Source: the human T2T-CHM13v2.0 reference genome, Homo sapiens. From it: DNA of 64,000 nt. The notes below the pieces were generated by a model that saw only the letters and a program-made list of their open reading frames with translations, was not told the origin of the DNA and did not search any database. The DNA is taken from the NCBI RefSeq assembly GCF_009914755.1, contig NC_060929.1. The stretch is one strand, 5' to 3'. Each line of letters starts with the position of its first letter. Position 1 is the first letter of the stretch. This document shows positions 15,296-29,023 of this stretch, in pieces. The position numbers and the translations under genes are program-made.

Positions 15296-15712
15296 TGTAT
15301 TAGTTTCCTTTTGTTGCTATACCAAAAAATGTAGTGGCTTAAAACAACACAAATTTATTATTGTATAGTTCTGGAGTTCAGAAGTCTGATACGGTTCTTA
15401 CAAGCTAAAGTCAATATGTAAGTTCAGCATAGCTACATTCCTTTTACAGGCTCTAGAGGAGAATCTGTCCTTTGCCTGTCCTAGCCTTTCAAGGCTGCGT
15501 GCAGTCCTTGGCTTGTGTCTGCATTGCTCTAATTTCTTTTCCCACTGTCACATGTCCTTTTCAGACTCTGACCTTTTGCCACCCTCTTACAAGGACCCTT
15601 GTGATTACACTGGGTTCACTATATAAGGCTGGATACTCTTCTCATCTCAAGATCCTTAACCTAATCACACCCACAAAACTCCCTTTTGTGATGTATAGTA
15701 ATGTGTTCTTAG
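15296..15712 (-). mobile_element. MLT1 (B/C/D-like) LTR
   Basis: tgtattagtttcct...gtggcttaaaacaacacaaatttatt...ttctggagttcagaagtctg. Confidence 0.8.
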
Positions 15713-15713
15713 A

Positions 15714-16127
15714 TATTATGGGTTGAAATGTGTCTCACAAAAAGATATGTTGAAGCCCTAACCTGTGGCCCTTGTGAGTGTAACCTTATTTGGAAATAGG
15801 TTCTTTGCAGATATAACTAACATAAATTAAGATGAGGCCAACCTGGAGTAAAGTGAGTCCTTAATCCAAAATGACTGGTGTCCTTATGAGAGAGAAGGGA
15901 AACATAAAGAGAGGAGAATACCATGTGAAATCACAGACACAGATGGGAAAATGGCAGTGTGGCAGAAGTTGGAGTTACGCTGCCAAAAGTCAAGGAATAC
16001 CAAGGGCCACCAGAAGCTGGATGAGGCAAAGAAGGATCATACCCTAGAGGTTTCAGTGGGAGCCTAGCCCCACCAGCACCCTTGATGTTGGTAGTTCTAG
16101 CCTCCAGAACTACGAGAGAATAAATTT
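15714..16127 (+). mobile_element. MLT1 (C-like) LTR, 3'-truncated
   Basis: ttatgggttgaaatgtgtc...accttatttggaaatagg...gcctccagaactacgagagaataaattt. Confidence 0.8.
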
Positions 16128-16357
16128 GAAAAAAAATACACAAAGGCACATCAGAATTGTCAAAAATCATTGATAAAGAGAAAAATCATAAAAGCAGCCA
16201 GAGAAAAGAGGCTTAAATACAGAGGAACAAAGAAGAATAACAGCTGATTTCTAGTCAGAAACAATGCAAGTGAGAAGACAGTGGAACATTTTTAAAGTAC
16301 TGAGAAAAAAGCTGTCAACCTTGAATTCTATACCTAGTAAAAATGCCCTTTGAAGAT

Positions 16358-16870
16358 TGTTGGGAATAGGCCTCCAAAATCTGGCCATAAACTGGCCCCA
16401 AAACTGGCCATAAACAAAATCTCTGCAGCACTGTGACATGTTTGTGATGGCTGTGAGGCCCACACTGGAAAGTTGTGGGTTTACCAGAATGAGGGCAAGG
16501 AACACCTGGCCCACCCAGGGCAGAAAAACCACTTAAAGGTATTCTTAAACCACAAACAATAGCATGAGCAATCTGTGTCTTAAAGACATACTCCTGCTGC
16601 AGATAACTAGCCAAACCCATCCCTTTATTTAGGCTCATCCCTTTGTTTCCCATAAGGAATACTTTTAGTTAATCTATAATCTATAGAAACAATGCTTATC
16701 ACTGGCTTGCTGTCAGTAAATATGTGGGTAAATCTCTGTTCGAGGCTCTCAGCTCTGAAGGTTCTGAGACCCCTGATTTCCCACTCCATACCTCTATATT
16801 TCTGTGTGTGTGTCTTTAATTCCTCTAGCGCCACTGGGTTAGGGTCTCCCTGACCGAGCTGGTCTCGGCA
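16358..16870 (+). mobile_element. MER9 solo LTR (HERV-K HML-3 group)
   Basis: 513 bp, TG...CA; ggccataaactggccccaaaactggccataaac near the start, gaccgagctggtctcggca at the end; 6-bp TSD GAAGAT/GAAAAT. Confidence 0.88.
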
Positions 16871-17609
16871 GAAAATAAAAACAAATAGGCATCTTCAGAC
16901 AGAAGCTGAAAGCATTCATTACCAGCAGAACTTCACAACAAGAAATGTTAAAGTCCTTCAGACAGAGAGAAAGTGATACCAGATGGATCTACACCAAGGA
17001 ATGAAGAGCACCAATGGTAATTACATGAATATATATGGAAGAATTTATCCTTTATTGTTAATCTTTTCAAAAGAAAATTGACTGTGAAAAATAATAATGC
17101 CATTACACGTAAAATATGTAAAGGTAACGTGACAGCAGTAGCTCAAAGGCCAAAAGTGAAACATGGAAATATGTCATTGTTAAGGTTCTTATACAATACT
17201 TAAGATGGTATAATATCACTTGAAGGTAGATTATGATAAAGAAGTATACTATATCCTAAAGCAACCACTAAAATAATAAACCAAAGATTTATAGCTAAAA
17301 AATCCAATGAAGAAGATCAAATGGAATCATGAAAAATAATTAATCCAAGATGATGGCTGTATAATAGTTGCATAGGAGAATGATCTTAGAAGATATTGCT
17401 GGAGTGTTTGAGATTGAAACTTAAGGGTACATGAAACTTACTCTCAGAGAGTTAAGGAAAATATATATGTAAAGAGAGCTCACAAATTACAAAACAAATC
17501 AAGCAAAATGTGGATAGTAAGTCAATCTGAGTAAAGGATATATGGGTGTTTTTTGTCCATTCTGGCAAGTTTTCTGTAAGTTTGAAATTCTTAAAAAGAA
17601 ATCACCCAT

Positions 17610-18445
17610 TCTGGGCAAAGAGCTTGGAGAAGGATTTCTCAAAAGATGATACAAATAGCCAACGAGCATATGAAAAGATGCTCAACATTGTTAATCATCA
17701 GAGAAATAAGCCATAGTGAGATATTGTCTCACACCGAATATGACTACTATCAGAAAAACCAGAAACTAACAAGCGTTGGTGAGGATATGGAGAAATTGGA
17801 ACACTTGTGCCTTGTTTGTGGGATTGTAAAATGGTGCAACTACTATGGAAAATGGTATAGAGGTTCCTCAAAAAATTAAAAATGTAATTACCATATGATC
17901 CATCAATTCCACTTCTGGGAATATATTCAAAAGAGTTGACAGTAGAGTCTTGAAGAGATATTTGCACAGCCATGTTTATAGCAACATTATTCACAATAGC
18001 CAAGAGATGAAGAAACCTAAATAGCCATTGATAAATGAATAGATAAACAGAATGTGGCATACACATATATTAGAATATTATTCAGCCTTAAAAAGGAAGG
18101 AAATCCTGTCACATGCTGCAACATGGATGAACCTTTAGGACATTGTGCCAAGTGAAATAAGCCAGTCATAAAAGGACAAATATTGTATGATTCTACTTAT
18201 ATGAGGCACTAAAATCATCAAATTATAAAAACAGAAGGTAAAATCATGGTCACCAGGGTCAGAAACAAAAGGGAGATTGTTGTTTAATGGGTTTAGAATT
18301 TCACATTTGCAAGATGAAGTTCTGGAGATCTATTTCACAACAATATAAATATACTTAAGAATACTGAGCTGTACACTTAAAAATGTTTAAGATGGTGAAT
18401 TTTATGTGTTTTTTACCACAATAAAAATTTTTAAATAAAAAAGAA
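17610..18445 (+). mobile_element. L1MA/L1MB 3' end
   Basis: Degenerate ORF2 C-terminus (IQIANEHMKRCSTLLIIRE), 3'UTR and A-rich tail. Confidence 0.85.
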
Positions 18446-18469
18446 ATGAACCTAAGTCAGAGAAAGAAG

Positions 18470-18900
18470 AGTTAGTAGATAGACTGTGGTATATCCTTAC
18501 AATAAAATACTACTCATCAATAAGCAGGAATAACAATTGATACGTGCAACAACATGGATAAATTTCAAAACAATCATGCTGAGTGAAAGACCAGAAAAAT
18601 AGTGTATATACTGTATTATTTAATTTATATAAAATTCTAGGAAGTACAAATTATTCAACAGTGACACAAATTAAATCAATGGTTACCTAGAAATTGACAG
18701 AGTGAGGCAGGGAGGGGTGGGAGGGAGGAACTGTAAAAGGATGTAAGGAAACTTGTAGGATTATTGAATATGTTAACTCTCTTGGTTGTGCTGAGGATTT
18801 CACAGGTGTAAACATATGTCAAAACTTATCAAGTCATATACTTTAAATAGGTACAGTTTGTTATATTTCAATTATACCTTTATAAAACTGTTCAAAAAAA
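18470..18900 (+). mobile_element. L1MB/MC 3' UTR fragment
   Basis: caacaacatggataaatttcaaaacaatcatgctgagtgaaaga...caattataccttta. Confidence 0.7.
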
Positions 18901-19734
18901 CCTTTTACCATTAGTCTACTTGAAATATAACTTCTCTTTCTGTTCTAAACAATGAGCAAAATTTCTAATGAGGGAACTGCTGATAGTGTTGTAAATTATT
19001 ATAATCCTGTAGAAAGGAATATGGCAATATGTATCAAGATCTCTGAAAATGTTTATATGCTTTGCCCCAGAATCTCATTTTTGGTAATCTGGCCTAAAGA
19101 AATTATTGAGAAGACAAAACAAGTATTATAGGTAGCCTTACAACCTCTCCCTCTCACCCCAAATCCCTAGAAATTGGGAAAATACTGTGTTTAAAATCAT
19201 GTTGGAAAACAATAAAGGAGTCTCAGTTGGCCAAAAATTTGATGAATTTCAGAAAGCTGGAAAATAGTTGGGATCAGATTGAAGAAGGAAATCACAACCC
19301 AATACTCATACAGGACAGAACATCTACAAAAGTGGGCAGGGCTCTAAGGATGCTTCTAGTTCAGAGATCTGTGGCTCCCAGAGGTCTGGCAAGAAGTCCC
19401 CTGGAGCAACTGACTGAGTGATTAGTTGGTGTTCTGCAGTAGAAGAATCTAGGTTCACTGACCATCTGCACCCTCCCTCTCCTCTATTTCTTTCTTGCCC
19501 AGCAATCAGCAACCAATGTGTCTGCTTTTAGGCAGGAGCAGTCAGTGAGCAGAGGCTAGATGGGGCCTTTGGTGGCTGTGACACCAGGTGAAACAATGAG
19601 CCCAACATCAGGAGACTGACTGAATGCCTGCTTTGAGGAATAGCACATTCTGTTCCTCACCCAAATCACAGTAGACAGGCTAGGGGTCACACTGCCCCGA
19701 ACAGCATGTCCTGCTGTCTCCAAGTAGGCTGAAG

Positions 19735-20620
19735 CCATACAGAGGTTGAAATGAAAGGAATGGAAAAATATATAAAAGGAAAATGCTAACCAAAATAGAA
19801 TAAATTTGGCAATACTATTATCAGACAAAAGGAAATTCAAGGCAGATATTATTAAGAAGGCCAAAGAAAAATGTTTCAGGGTGATAGAAGGTTATGCCAA
19901 TCAAACGAGCCTTCATTACTCTGACAACATAGCTTCTAAATATAGACAGCAAAACCAAATAGAAAATATAAGGATAAATGGGTCACTCCACTATCACAAT
20001 GAACTTTAACATACATGTTTTAAAAATTAATAAATCAAGTAGGCTAAAGATAAATACAGATGTGTGGGATTTGAATACACAATGGATAAATTTGACATAC
20101 ATACATAGTCAACAAACAGCATCCATTTTTTTTTCAAAAGCACATTAAACATTCAGAAAACAATCGATCATATATTATAAAATGTTAACAAATTAAAAAA
20201 AAAGAAATCATGTAGGCAACATTCACTGCTCATGATTAATTAAAATTAGAAATAAGAAAAACAGCAAAAACAAAACAAAAGTCAACTATACTCTTCGAAA
20301 TTAAAAAAAAATCACTTTTTTGTAATACTTGTGTTAAAGAGGAAATAAAAAACAATTTAGAAAGCACACCATGGTAGAACCAATGATATGACCAGGACAG
20401 TACTTGTAGAAATATTTATTATCATAATTATATTTATTAGGAAAAACAAGGAAGACAAAAAATAAATGAACTAATCTTTGAAATCAAGACACTGGAATAC
20501 ATCCGAGAAAAATAAACTAAAAGAATGTGGGGTGATGGAATTAATAAAGATAAAAGCAAGAATTAATAATGCAGAAATTTAAAAATAAGTAACAGTGGAA
20601 TTACTCTGTAAAACCAAGAG
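19735..20620 (+). mobile_element. Old L1M ORF2 endonuclease-region fragment
   Basis: AILLSDKRKFK resembles the L1 endonuclease motif VAILISDK; A-rich sense strand. Confidence 0.65.
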
Positions 20621-20942
20621 CTGTTTTTTTTTTTTTTTTGCAAAGGCCTTTGCATTCTGGTTTGTATTCCAGGCCTTTCCCTCTGTGTCCATCCTTCCTC
20701 CTTCCAACCCCACCCCATCAACCTCAGTTACTAATGCTGAAACCCAGTGGACATCCTTTACATCTCTGCTCAGAGTCCCTGCCTCTTGTACTTAACATAT
20801 TTCATATACTTGTAGCAGGTGGCATTTATTGGTTTATTCTATTAAACGCTACACATGCCACGTTAGGAAATGTGAATACAGCCTGTGGAACTGTACACAC
20901 TAGAGATTGTGTACAAATCTCAGCAATCTGGACCCTTTCTGA

Positions 20943-21265
<323 letters not shown>

Positions 21266-22328
21266 TCCCCATTTCTTTTGTGGGGGAGGCCCGAAGGAGG
21301 AATGTGCATTGCTTCAGTCTGAGAAGCCCTGCCAGTGTGGCCATACTTACTGAGGTGAGGTGGGCACTCTTGCTTTTATTTTTTTCCTAGGTATGTTGTG
21401 TTTCACCTCCACTTTTTGCTCTACAAAACAATAGGCCCTAGGAACATTTGCAAAGGTCACTGTTGCATATGTGGTCACATTCCCAGCCCTTCTAGTACCA
21501 GTGAAGTACCTAGTACTTCCCACTTTGATCCCACTGATGTAGGATGGAACCTTAAATTCTAACCACTTTCTCCCCCATCTGAATTAATAGTCTCATGACC
21601 TTGTATCTCCAAGGTTCTGGTAACTAATTAGCTAAAATGATTTTAATGTAGAATTCCTGGGTCTTAAAGGAGCCTGAAAAATAATCAATTTCACTGTCCT
21701 CAACTACTTTAAATCTTTGCACTAAATTTAAACAGGGACCTTTCTCACCTCCATCTTTGGAACAGTCCTACTAGTCAGGAGGCTTTTGTATAATTTTATT
21801 TTTTGTAGTGTTTGTGAATAAAACAGTGGGATGTAGGAATGCTCCTAACCTGATACCGAAGTGCTTTTCTCAGGAGGTCTGTTCTCCTGGGGGGAAATCA
21901 CTGATACCCAGTGCAGTATTGGGGATTGTATTTTAGTATGTAATAGAAGCACAAATGCAGTGGCTTAACCAAATAAGGCTTCACTAAAAGGCTAGGTAAT
22001 AAGCAGTCTGGAGGCAGAGAAGTTGGGGGAACAACTAACCTTCCCCTTCTAACTACAGCCTGCTACTGAGAACTACCAAAAAGGACATAATAGTTGTGTG
22101 TGCAAAATGGTTTAGGCCAACTTACAATGCCTTTGATAAATATTTGTTTAATAAATACATGTTTCCAATCTTTGGAAATCAGCACTATGGTTACAGATGA
22201 TCTCTTAGACCTCAGTAGGCCACTATACTGCGGATACTCTGGGAACATTTTACTATGTGGTTGGGCGTGATCTGGATACCAGATTCTCATCCTGAGTAAC
22301 TTTATGTAACAGAGAATTGCTTAGAGCA

Positions 22329-22650
22329 GGTGTTTTACTTTAGATTCCCCTGTGAAGCAACTCTGAGACAAGGACTTGGGTGTCATTAGTTTATTTGGGA
22401 GGTGATCCCAAGAGGATAGGGAGTGGGAAGAGACAAAGAAGGGAGAAATGCAAATAAAAGGAACATTCATTAATGGTGCATTACCACTTATGCAGTTAGT
22501 CTTCTTGCAGGCTTTCTGAGAGTTTGGGTGGAACACACCAAGGATTGAGTTTTTCCACCAAGGAATAAGAACACCAAGGTATTCATTTACCAGCCTCCAT
22601 GCCTCACTGGTTGTGAAAGCCAAGTGTGCTCCTGAGTCCAGAGAAAAACC
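22329..22650 (-). mobile_element. LTR16/LTR33-type LTR fragment
   Basis: ctctgagacaaggacttggg...tttatttgggaggtgatccca; same family as the 5915 element. Confidence 0.6.
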
Positions 22651-25111
22651 TTACACCGAGAGAAATGCAGGGGCTTGAGGAAGGAAGGCTTGGGCCTGTC
22701 TGGGAACTGTCCAATGAAGCTTCAAATGACCTTCAAATGGGCTGAAGGAATACAGGCAGGGCCTGACCCACAGCGAGAAAGACTGGTCTGCTTGCAGTAG
22801 CAGAGCCTTTCCAAGATCATAGCAAGCCCAAGGGCTCCCCTCTTGGCAGGGCTGTACTGGAGGGAATGAGGAGGAGCTTGGCACCCCACTCCACCCTGCT
22901 CCGTGGTAACCAGCCTGTACTGAGATGGGTGGGAATTGGACCCTAATGTGGGGGAGACTGAAGGGAAATAGTAGTGAACCTCTTGGCTAGTTCATTCCCA
23001 TTCCTTTCTGATTATGCTCCCAGTGGATTTGGGAGAGAATGTCTGCCTGTTGGGTCCTCACCACCACCACTTGCGCTTTGCAGTAAAGAGCAATTCAAGT
23101 GTGGTCTCAGAAATCTCCTGACTCTCACATGTTCTTTGAAACAGGGACGCCTGTGGCTTCACTAAATCCCAAGTGCTGCCACTGTAACTCCTTCCTCACA
23201 CCTTGTGTCAGCCACAGTGAAGAGTGTCAAACTTTATGGACAGCAGTGATGCAGTCCACGTGTTCAGCCTTTCCTCTCTTCAAGGAAAAGCTGCTAGCTT
23301 TTTATCTTAGCCTGCAATGGCCCCAGGCTATGGAAGGGCAAGACACCATCTTCAAAAAATACAAAATAGAAGAAATACCTTGGCAAACCCAGAAAGCTTT
23401 AGCAGTTAGCTGAGTCAATTTATTTAAATGAATATCAGCTTCTCCATCATGAGGAAGAACTGAAAATTAAATCAGCCTAATAATAACCGTTTGTTTCTCC
23501 CTCTGCACATACTGGTTGGCAAAACTTCCGTCTGCTTCCAACCAGGACATTTTATTCATTTCTGGTTGCATTCTTGTCATCCCAGTTCAATATGGATTTT
23601 TTTTTGTCCTGGAGCTAATTAGTTGCAGCTGATATTTACTCAGCATTAAACTTTTTGGAGATAAATACAAGTTGAATAGCCAGTTGGTGGGATGGAGTCT
23701 ATTTTTTTTCTGTGTAAGTTTGTGCCATCTTTACTCTCTTCTCTTTTACATTTTTCTGCAGAGGCTGATAAAGAAAAGAAAACTCAAATCTTACAAAAAT
23801 CTATCAGCATAAAAGGACAAGAGCTTTACAAGATAGATAAGAGAAAAAAATCATTTGCCAAACCTCGGGGCAGGTTCTGAGGGAGAATGTACAACTTTAT
23901 TTTGATGGCAGGAATATATTTGCTGGATGAAAAAAAAAATCCTGCCTTGGCATCATGGGTACTGTTTGTAGCCTACAACTTGAGGTTTTTGCACTGGGGA
24001 CTGAAAAAGTTATCAGTGTTAATAAAAAGAAGTTTTCCTGAGAATGGCTTTGGTGCACTGTGTGCAAGCATGTACTAGTCCTAGTGTTTGGTTAAAAAGA
24101 GACTATAATATGGAATGCATTACACAGAAGAGCCAAAAATAACATCTGTCTCACAAAGAAGGGGAACGATCTCATTTCATATCTCTTCTTATTTGACAGC
24201 CTCTTTTTTCTTCACTGGAAAATTATAGTTTTGTATAGTTTACAGAAATAACATTTAAACATTGCATGTGATTTTAGACTCAAATGGGATCTACTTAATA
24301 CAACACACAAGCAATTAGAGAACTTCGTTGTAATCACTTCTGAAACCCCAGAAGGTTCACATCTACAGGCTGAGATGCTGCCTTCCCAGCCTCTCCCATT
24401 TCAGAAGCTTAATAAAGGAAATCACCGCTGCCCACATTATATATACAGATCATCTTTACCTAGCAGTGCAGATGTTTTTGAACTTTATGCTGCTACTGGT
24501 TGGGTGGATTTCTTGTTTCTCGAATAAAAATTATATTCACCAGGGATTCAAGTTTGGTGGACACAGAGGTTAAGCACATTTGGCAGCTTATCCCACAGAT
24601 CTTTTTAGAGAAGAAAGAATGATTAGAAAGAAATTCCAGTTTTCTGTTTCTAATTTTAGGTAACAGAGGAGTTACCTGTTTCAGCTGTAAGCTAAGCCCA
24701 CCTACTTACTTTCTTTTTTAATGCTTCCAAGTATATAAACTCTTCTTCAGGTCCAAATGTGCATATGTAAAGGCAGCTATTTTTGCAAATGTCTCCTGAT
24801 AGCGTGGGTATTTTCATTAGGATTTGTCTTGCTCTTGGATCCTATTCTGTGCTTCAGCTGTTTTGATCAAATGGGCCTCCATATTTCAGAAGGAGCTGGT
24901 GCTCCCTAGTATTATGACTGCTTGATAAACTACCAACCTTCAGTTATTATAATCATTATTGTTTGATTGGGGATCAAAGTCTTTGATTTCAGTGTCCACA
25001 TCCATTGGTTGAATCATCTCTTGAATGCCAAGAAAGAGTCTATTTGAAAAAGTAACAAATCTATTGCTTAAGTAATTCTGATGGTCTACAGTGGACAATT
25101 TTGAGTTTAGA

Positions 25112-25268
25112 GATGGTAGTGGTCTGGTGGTGTTGATGATGGTGTTGAAGTTGGTGGTAGAAGTGTTGATGATGGTGTGGATATAGGTGGCAATGACAGT
25201 GGTAGTCATGGGGATGGTAGTGATAGTTGAAAGGCTGGTGGTAGAAAAGGTGGTGATGGGGTGGTGAG
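25112..25268. repeat. Degenerate (TGG/TGA)n low-complexity tract
   Basis: Seen directly. Confidence 0.8.
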
Positions 25269-25344
25269 ACTAATTTTCCAGGCTCAGTTTTTAGAGGGAG
25301 TTACATGTAAGAGGCACTGAAGGCCTGCTATTAGTGGTGATGGT

Positions 25345-25516
25345 CAAAATCTTACTATTTAAAGTGTTGCCCACAGACCAGTGGCATTGGCCACCACCCA
25401 AGATTTGGTTAGAAATATAAAAGCTCAGGCTCCATCTCTGACCAACTGAATAAGAATATGTATTTTAACAACATTCTCAGGTGATTTGTATGCACATTAA
25501 AGTTCCCAAAGCACTG
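25345..25516. mobile_element. MER5-type hAT MITE
   Basis: gttagaaatataaaagctcaggctcc...caggtgatttgtatgcacattaaagtt...gcactg. Confidence 0.7.
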
Positions 25517-26124
25517 GTCTAAAGGAGAAATAGCCACAAACTTACCTGTCACCTTTGTGGCCCCATATTCCTGCCCTGACTCCTCCCATGAGGGAATCTC
25601 AGCCCTTACCTGTATATAAGATAAAAGAGGTCAGTTTTTAGTTGACCGGTGATGGTTATGTGGTCTAAACTCCAGGGTCTAGACTCAGCTTTAAGTATGG
25701 ATCCAACAGAAAGCTGTTCATGCCCTGAGACTTAAGATTTCCCAAGTAAAATAAACATATCTTTTCTAAAGATTGCCATCATGCCTGAAGCTCTCATTGG
25801 CTTCACTTTTTAAAAGAAGCATAGCTTTTTAACAGGAATAAGACATTTAGGTGTCACACTGAGGCACTGATTGTTATCTGATTAATAAATTGGCATACAG
25901 TGAATCTTGAGACTGCGACATATGGGCTCTTTAGGGAAGTCTGCAAAGGGCTTGCTGATCTTACCTGATATACAGTGGCAACCTATGGCACCATGCACAC
26001 ACACACACACACACATGCACGCATGCAAGCACATCCACCCAGAATAAGCACATTAGCAGAAATTTCGGGATAGTTAGTGGTTTGTGTATAAATTGTGTGA
26101 GGGTAGCCAAAGTTGATTTCACAC

Positions 26125-26520
26125 ATATATTATGGTTATGTGTTGCTATATATCAAACTACCACAGGACTTGGTGACTTAAAACAACAATCACTTATTTT
26201 TACTCATAAGTCTATTGTCTGGGTTGAGCTTGGTGAGGAAAGCTTGTCTCTGCTCATCATATAGTGTCAGCTAGGTTGGCCCAACTGAGACTGGAGAATA
26301 TGCTTCCAAAATTGCTCTCTGACATGGCTGGCAGGTTGGTGCTTGGCTGGGGCTGTTCACGGTCCTTGGTTCCTCTCCAAATGGGCCCTTTGACTTGGGC
26401 TTCCTCAGAGCATGGTGGGTGAGTTCCCAGAGCAGATGTTCTAAGAGGCCTGGGTAGAATGGTAAAGCTTCTGAGGATCTAGCTTCTGAAGTCCCAGATG
26501 TCACTTCTTTGTGATTAACC
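26125..26520 (-). mobile_element. MLT1 (F/G/H-like) LTR
   Basis: gacttaaaacaacaatc...gggcttcctcagagcatggtgg. Confidence 0.7.
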
Positions 26521-27712
26521 TTCTTCTGGGTAGCTGTCCTTTTATCCCAGTGGCTGGCACATTTTTTGGACAGCACTAGTGTGTTAATAGCTAAGGAATC
26601 TTCTCATAGCTGCATGAGAATTTTTAACCTGGACTTCATCTATTTGCCCAGGTACTGTAAAATGAGAAAAAAAAAATCCTGCACAGATAATGAATATGTA
26701 GGTTAAGCTGTGGAGTGCTCTAAAAATTACATTGGACTGTGTGGAATAGGTTAGTCTGGAGGTCAAGAGGAGAGAAAGGTCAATACGGTCTCTGGCTCAG
26801 GTTGAGCTTACAAAGATCAGAACCCTGACAGATCAAACTACACTTGCTCTCACAAGAAAACTGCATATGAAAATGTGAGCAATATTAGAGGTGAAGTTGC
26901 AGTTCCTCATGTCTGGGAATATTCCCCAAATAACACTTTCATTAGGGCTTTCCACAACATGAAAATCTATAATGTCTTCCTATTCCCATGTCTGGCTTTC
27001 AAAGCTCCCCATAAATAGATCTCATGATCTCTGTCCCACCGTATTTCCCAAAATTTTTCAACATTTTTGGCCTAAGCCAACTCCATTCTCTTCAAGATCT
27101 TGATTTATCAGAACTCCATCCACCATTCTTCCTTGTCTTGCTTGGCTATGCTGTTCTCCCAACAACAACAACAACAGCAAACTCTCTTTGACTTGTCCAC
27201 CTAATCAGATCACATTTCCTCAAGGTTTAGCTTCCATATTCCTCCTTCCACAAAGCCTTTTCTGGCCATTCTAGCTGTTAAGGAGCAATTTGTTCTCTGA
27301 ACTCTGATAGTCCTACAATCAGTGCAAAGAACACTCCCAACCTTCTTCAACTTTCCATTTCCCCCACTTGGGGAAGGGTTCCCTTTTTCCCTACCACCCC
27401 TTCTCAGTATTGAATTTTCTTCTTGGTCTTTTCTATGTTAGTCCTAATCCAAACATCATAACAAGAAACACCATTCACATGCAGGTATTCAATGATGTGA
27501 AAGGTATATAGCATTTTCTTTCTCAGGAATGTTTGCCTTATAACTAGTGACTATATTCTTATTTCAACTAAGTCAAACCAACATATATTTATTGAGTACC
27601 TATTATGTGCAAGGCAGCAAGGAGGGCTATAGAAATGTGAAATCAGCAGTAGACATGACTTGTCCCCAAGGAACTTACATTTTAGCTGAATAGAAGAACC
27701 TAATATTTGAGT

Positions 27713-27896
27713 GCCCTGTGTTCAAAATCAACAGTTTAGTTTTAAACTTGTATTTTGTTGCTGCATGGAGCTTCACCAGATCTCATGTCTTTTCTTCTTG
27801 AGGGCACACAGCTAGACTAACTTTCCCTACCTCTTTTGCTCCGTGGAGCAACAAAATACAAGTTTAAAACTAAACTATTGATTTTCAACACAAGGC
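27713..27896. repeat. 59-bp inverted repeat enclosing a 72-bp copy of 29028-29099
   Basis: Arms 27713-27771 and 27838-27896 (5 mismatches); insert 27769-27840 is 70/72 identical to the donor. Confidence 0.95.
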
Positions 27897-28915
27897 TTCT
27901 CATGAAGCATGGTAGACTCACCACCAGGAAAAAACATAAGGGGCAGCTGGAAGGTAATTCTTCTGCCACCAGCCTTGACCTTTCAAGGTGCTTAGTTCTG
28001 CTTGTGTAGTGGGAATGTTTGCAAGATCTCAGGGAAGCTGTGACTGAGAGATGTTTAGGGTGGAAGTGGCAGTGGTGGTGAAGGGGGAAAACTGGTAAAA
28101 CTTCTAACTCATTATGCTTGCAGATGCAATCAGGTGACTGAGGACATTATAAAGGAGCTGTGAGGACATGGCAGATGTCATTGTACTTCATTTTATTTAA
28201 ATAGCCAGGTTTCTTTACCATGATCATATACTTTCTTTTGACACAATGCTGCTGGTGTTTGGAGGAAACAACAATTCTGATTTTCAGAGAATGACAATCT
28301 GGATTGAGCCATGCTTAGAAACTGCTAGCAGGCATTTCTTCCCTTCTGTTCAGTAGAGGGCAACAGAATATATGGTGATAGGTCAGGAACTGAGGCAAGA
28401 AAAATAGTAGCACAGAGAATGGAAATAAGGGAAAACAGATTTACAGAAAATAGAAGAGAATTAATAAGCAGGGAGGCATGTGGCATACATTTAAATGAGA
28501 CAGTTTCCTAGCTTTTAAGACAAATTCTACCAACTTTTTATATATACAAGGAGACCACACAGTGTTTGTTATAAAATTCAACTAGAATGTATTTCTGGAG
28601 ATCCCCACTTCCTCCTGTTCCAACCCTCTCCAAGAAACAAAAAGGAAGCCAAATTTGGGGGCTGGTAGGTAACATGACTACAGAAGAATACCACTAACTG
28701 AACATGGAACTGGAACTGTGACATTTAATTCTAGGCCAGGCTGGCTGCCAAGTCCCACAGAAAGCAAATGCACACCCAATATTTTAGCCACAAGTTAACA
28801 CTGAAACAGCCCATTAGTGATTTGTAAATCAGTATTTCTACTGGTATGGTTACTATCTCATCTGGAGCTAGGTAGAGGCAATTTTAAGGGGGTTTGAATC
28901 AGTAGTTAACTGCTG

Positions 28916-28947
28916 ATTCATTCATTCATTCATTCATTCATTCATTC
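28916..28947. repeat. (ATTC)n microsatellite
   Basis: Eight ATTC units. Confidence 0.9.
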
Positions 28948-29023
28948 CTCCAGTCACAGTCTTTTCTTTGTGCTAGAGCTGCATTCTGTATACATTATTC
29001 TTACAGTATTTATCACATTATAT

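Noticed and set aside
14994-15368. Coiled-coil ORF as a domesticated gene
   Set aside because: L1 ORF1 remnant that drifts out of frame and runs into an MLT1 LTR.
24940-25209. Thr-rich ORF
   Set aside because: Product of a low-complexity trinucleotide tract.
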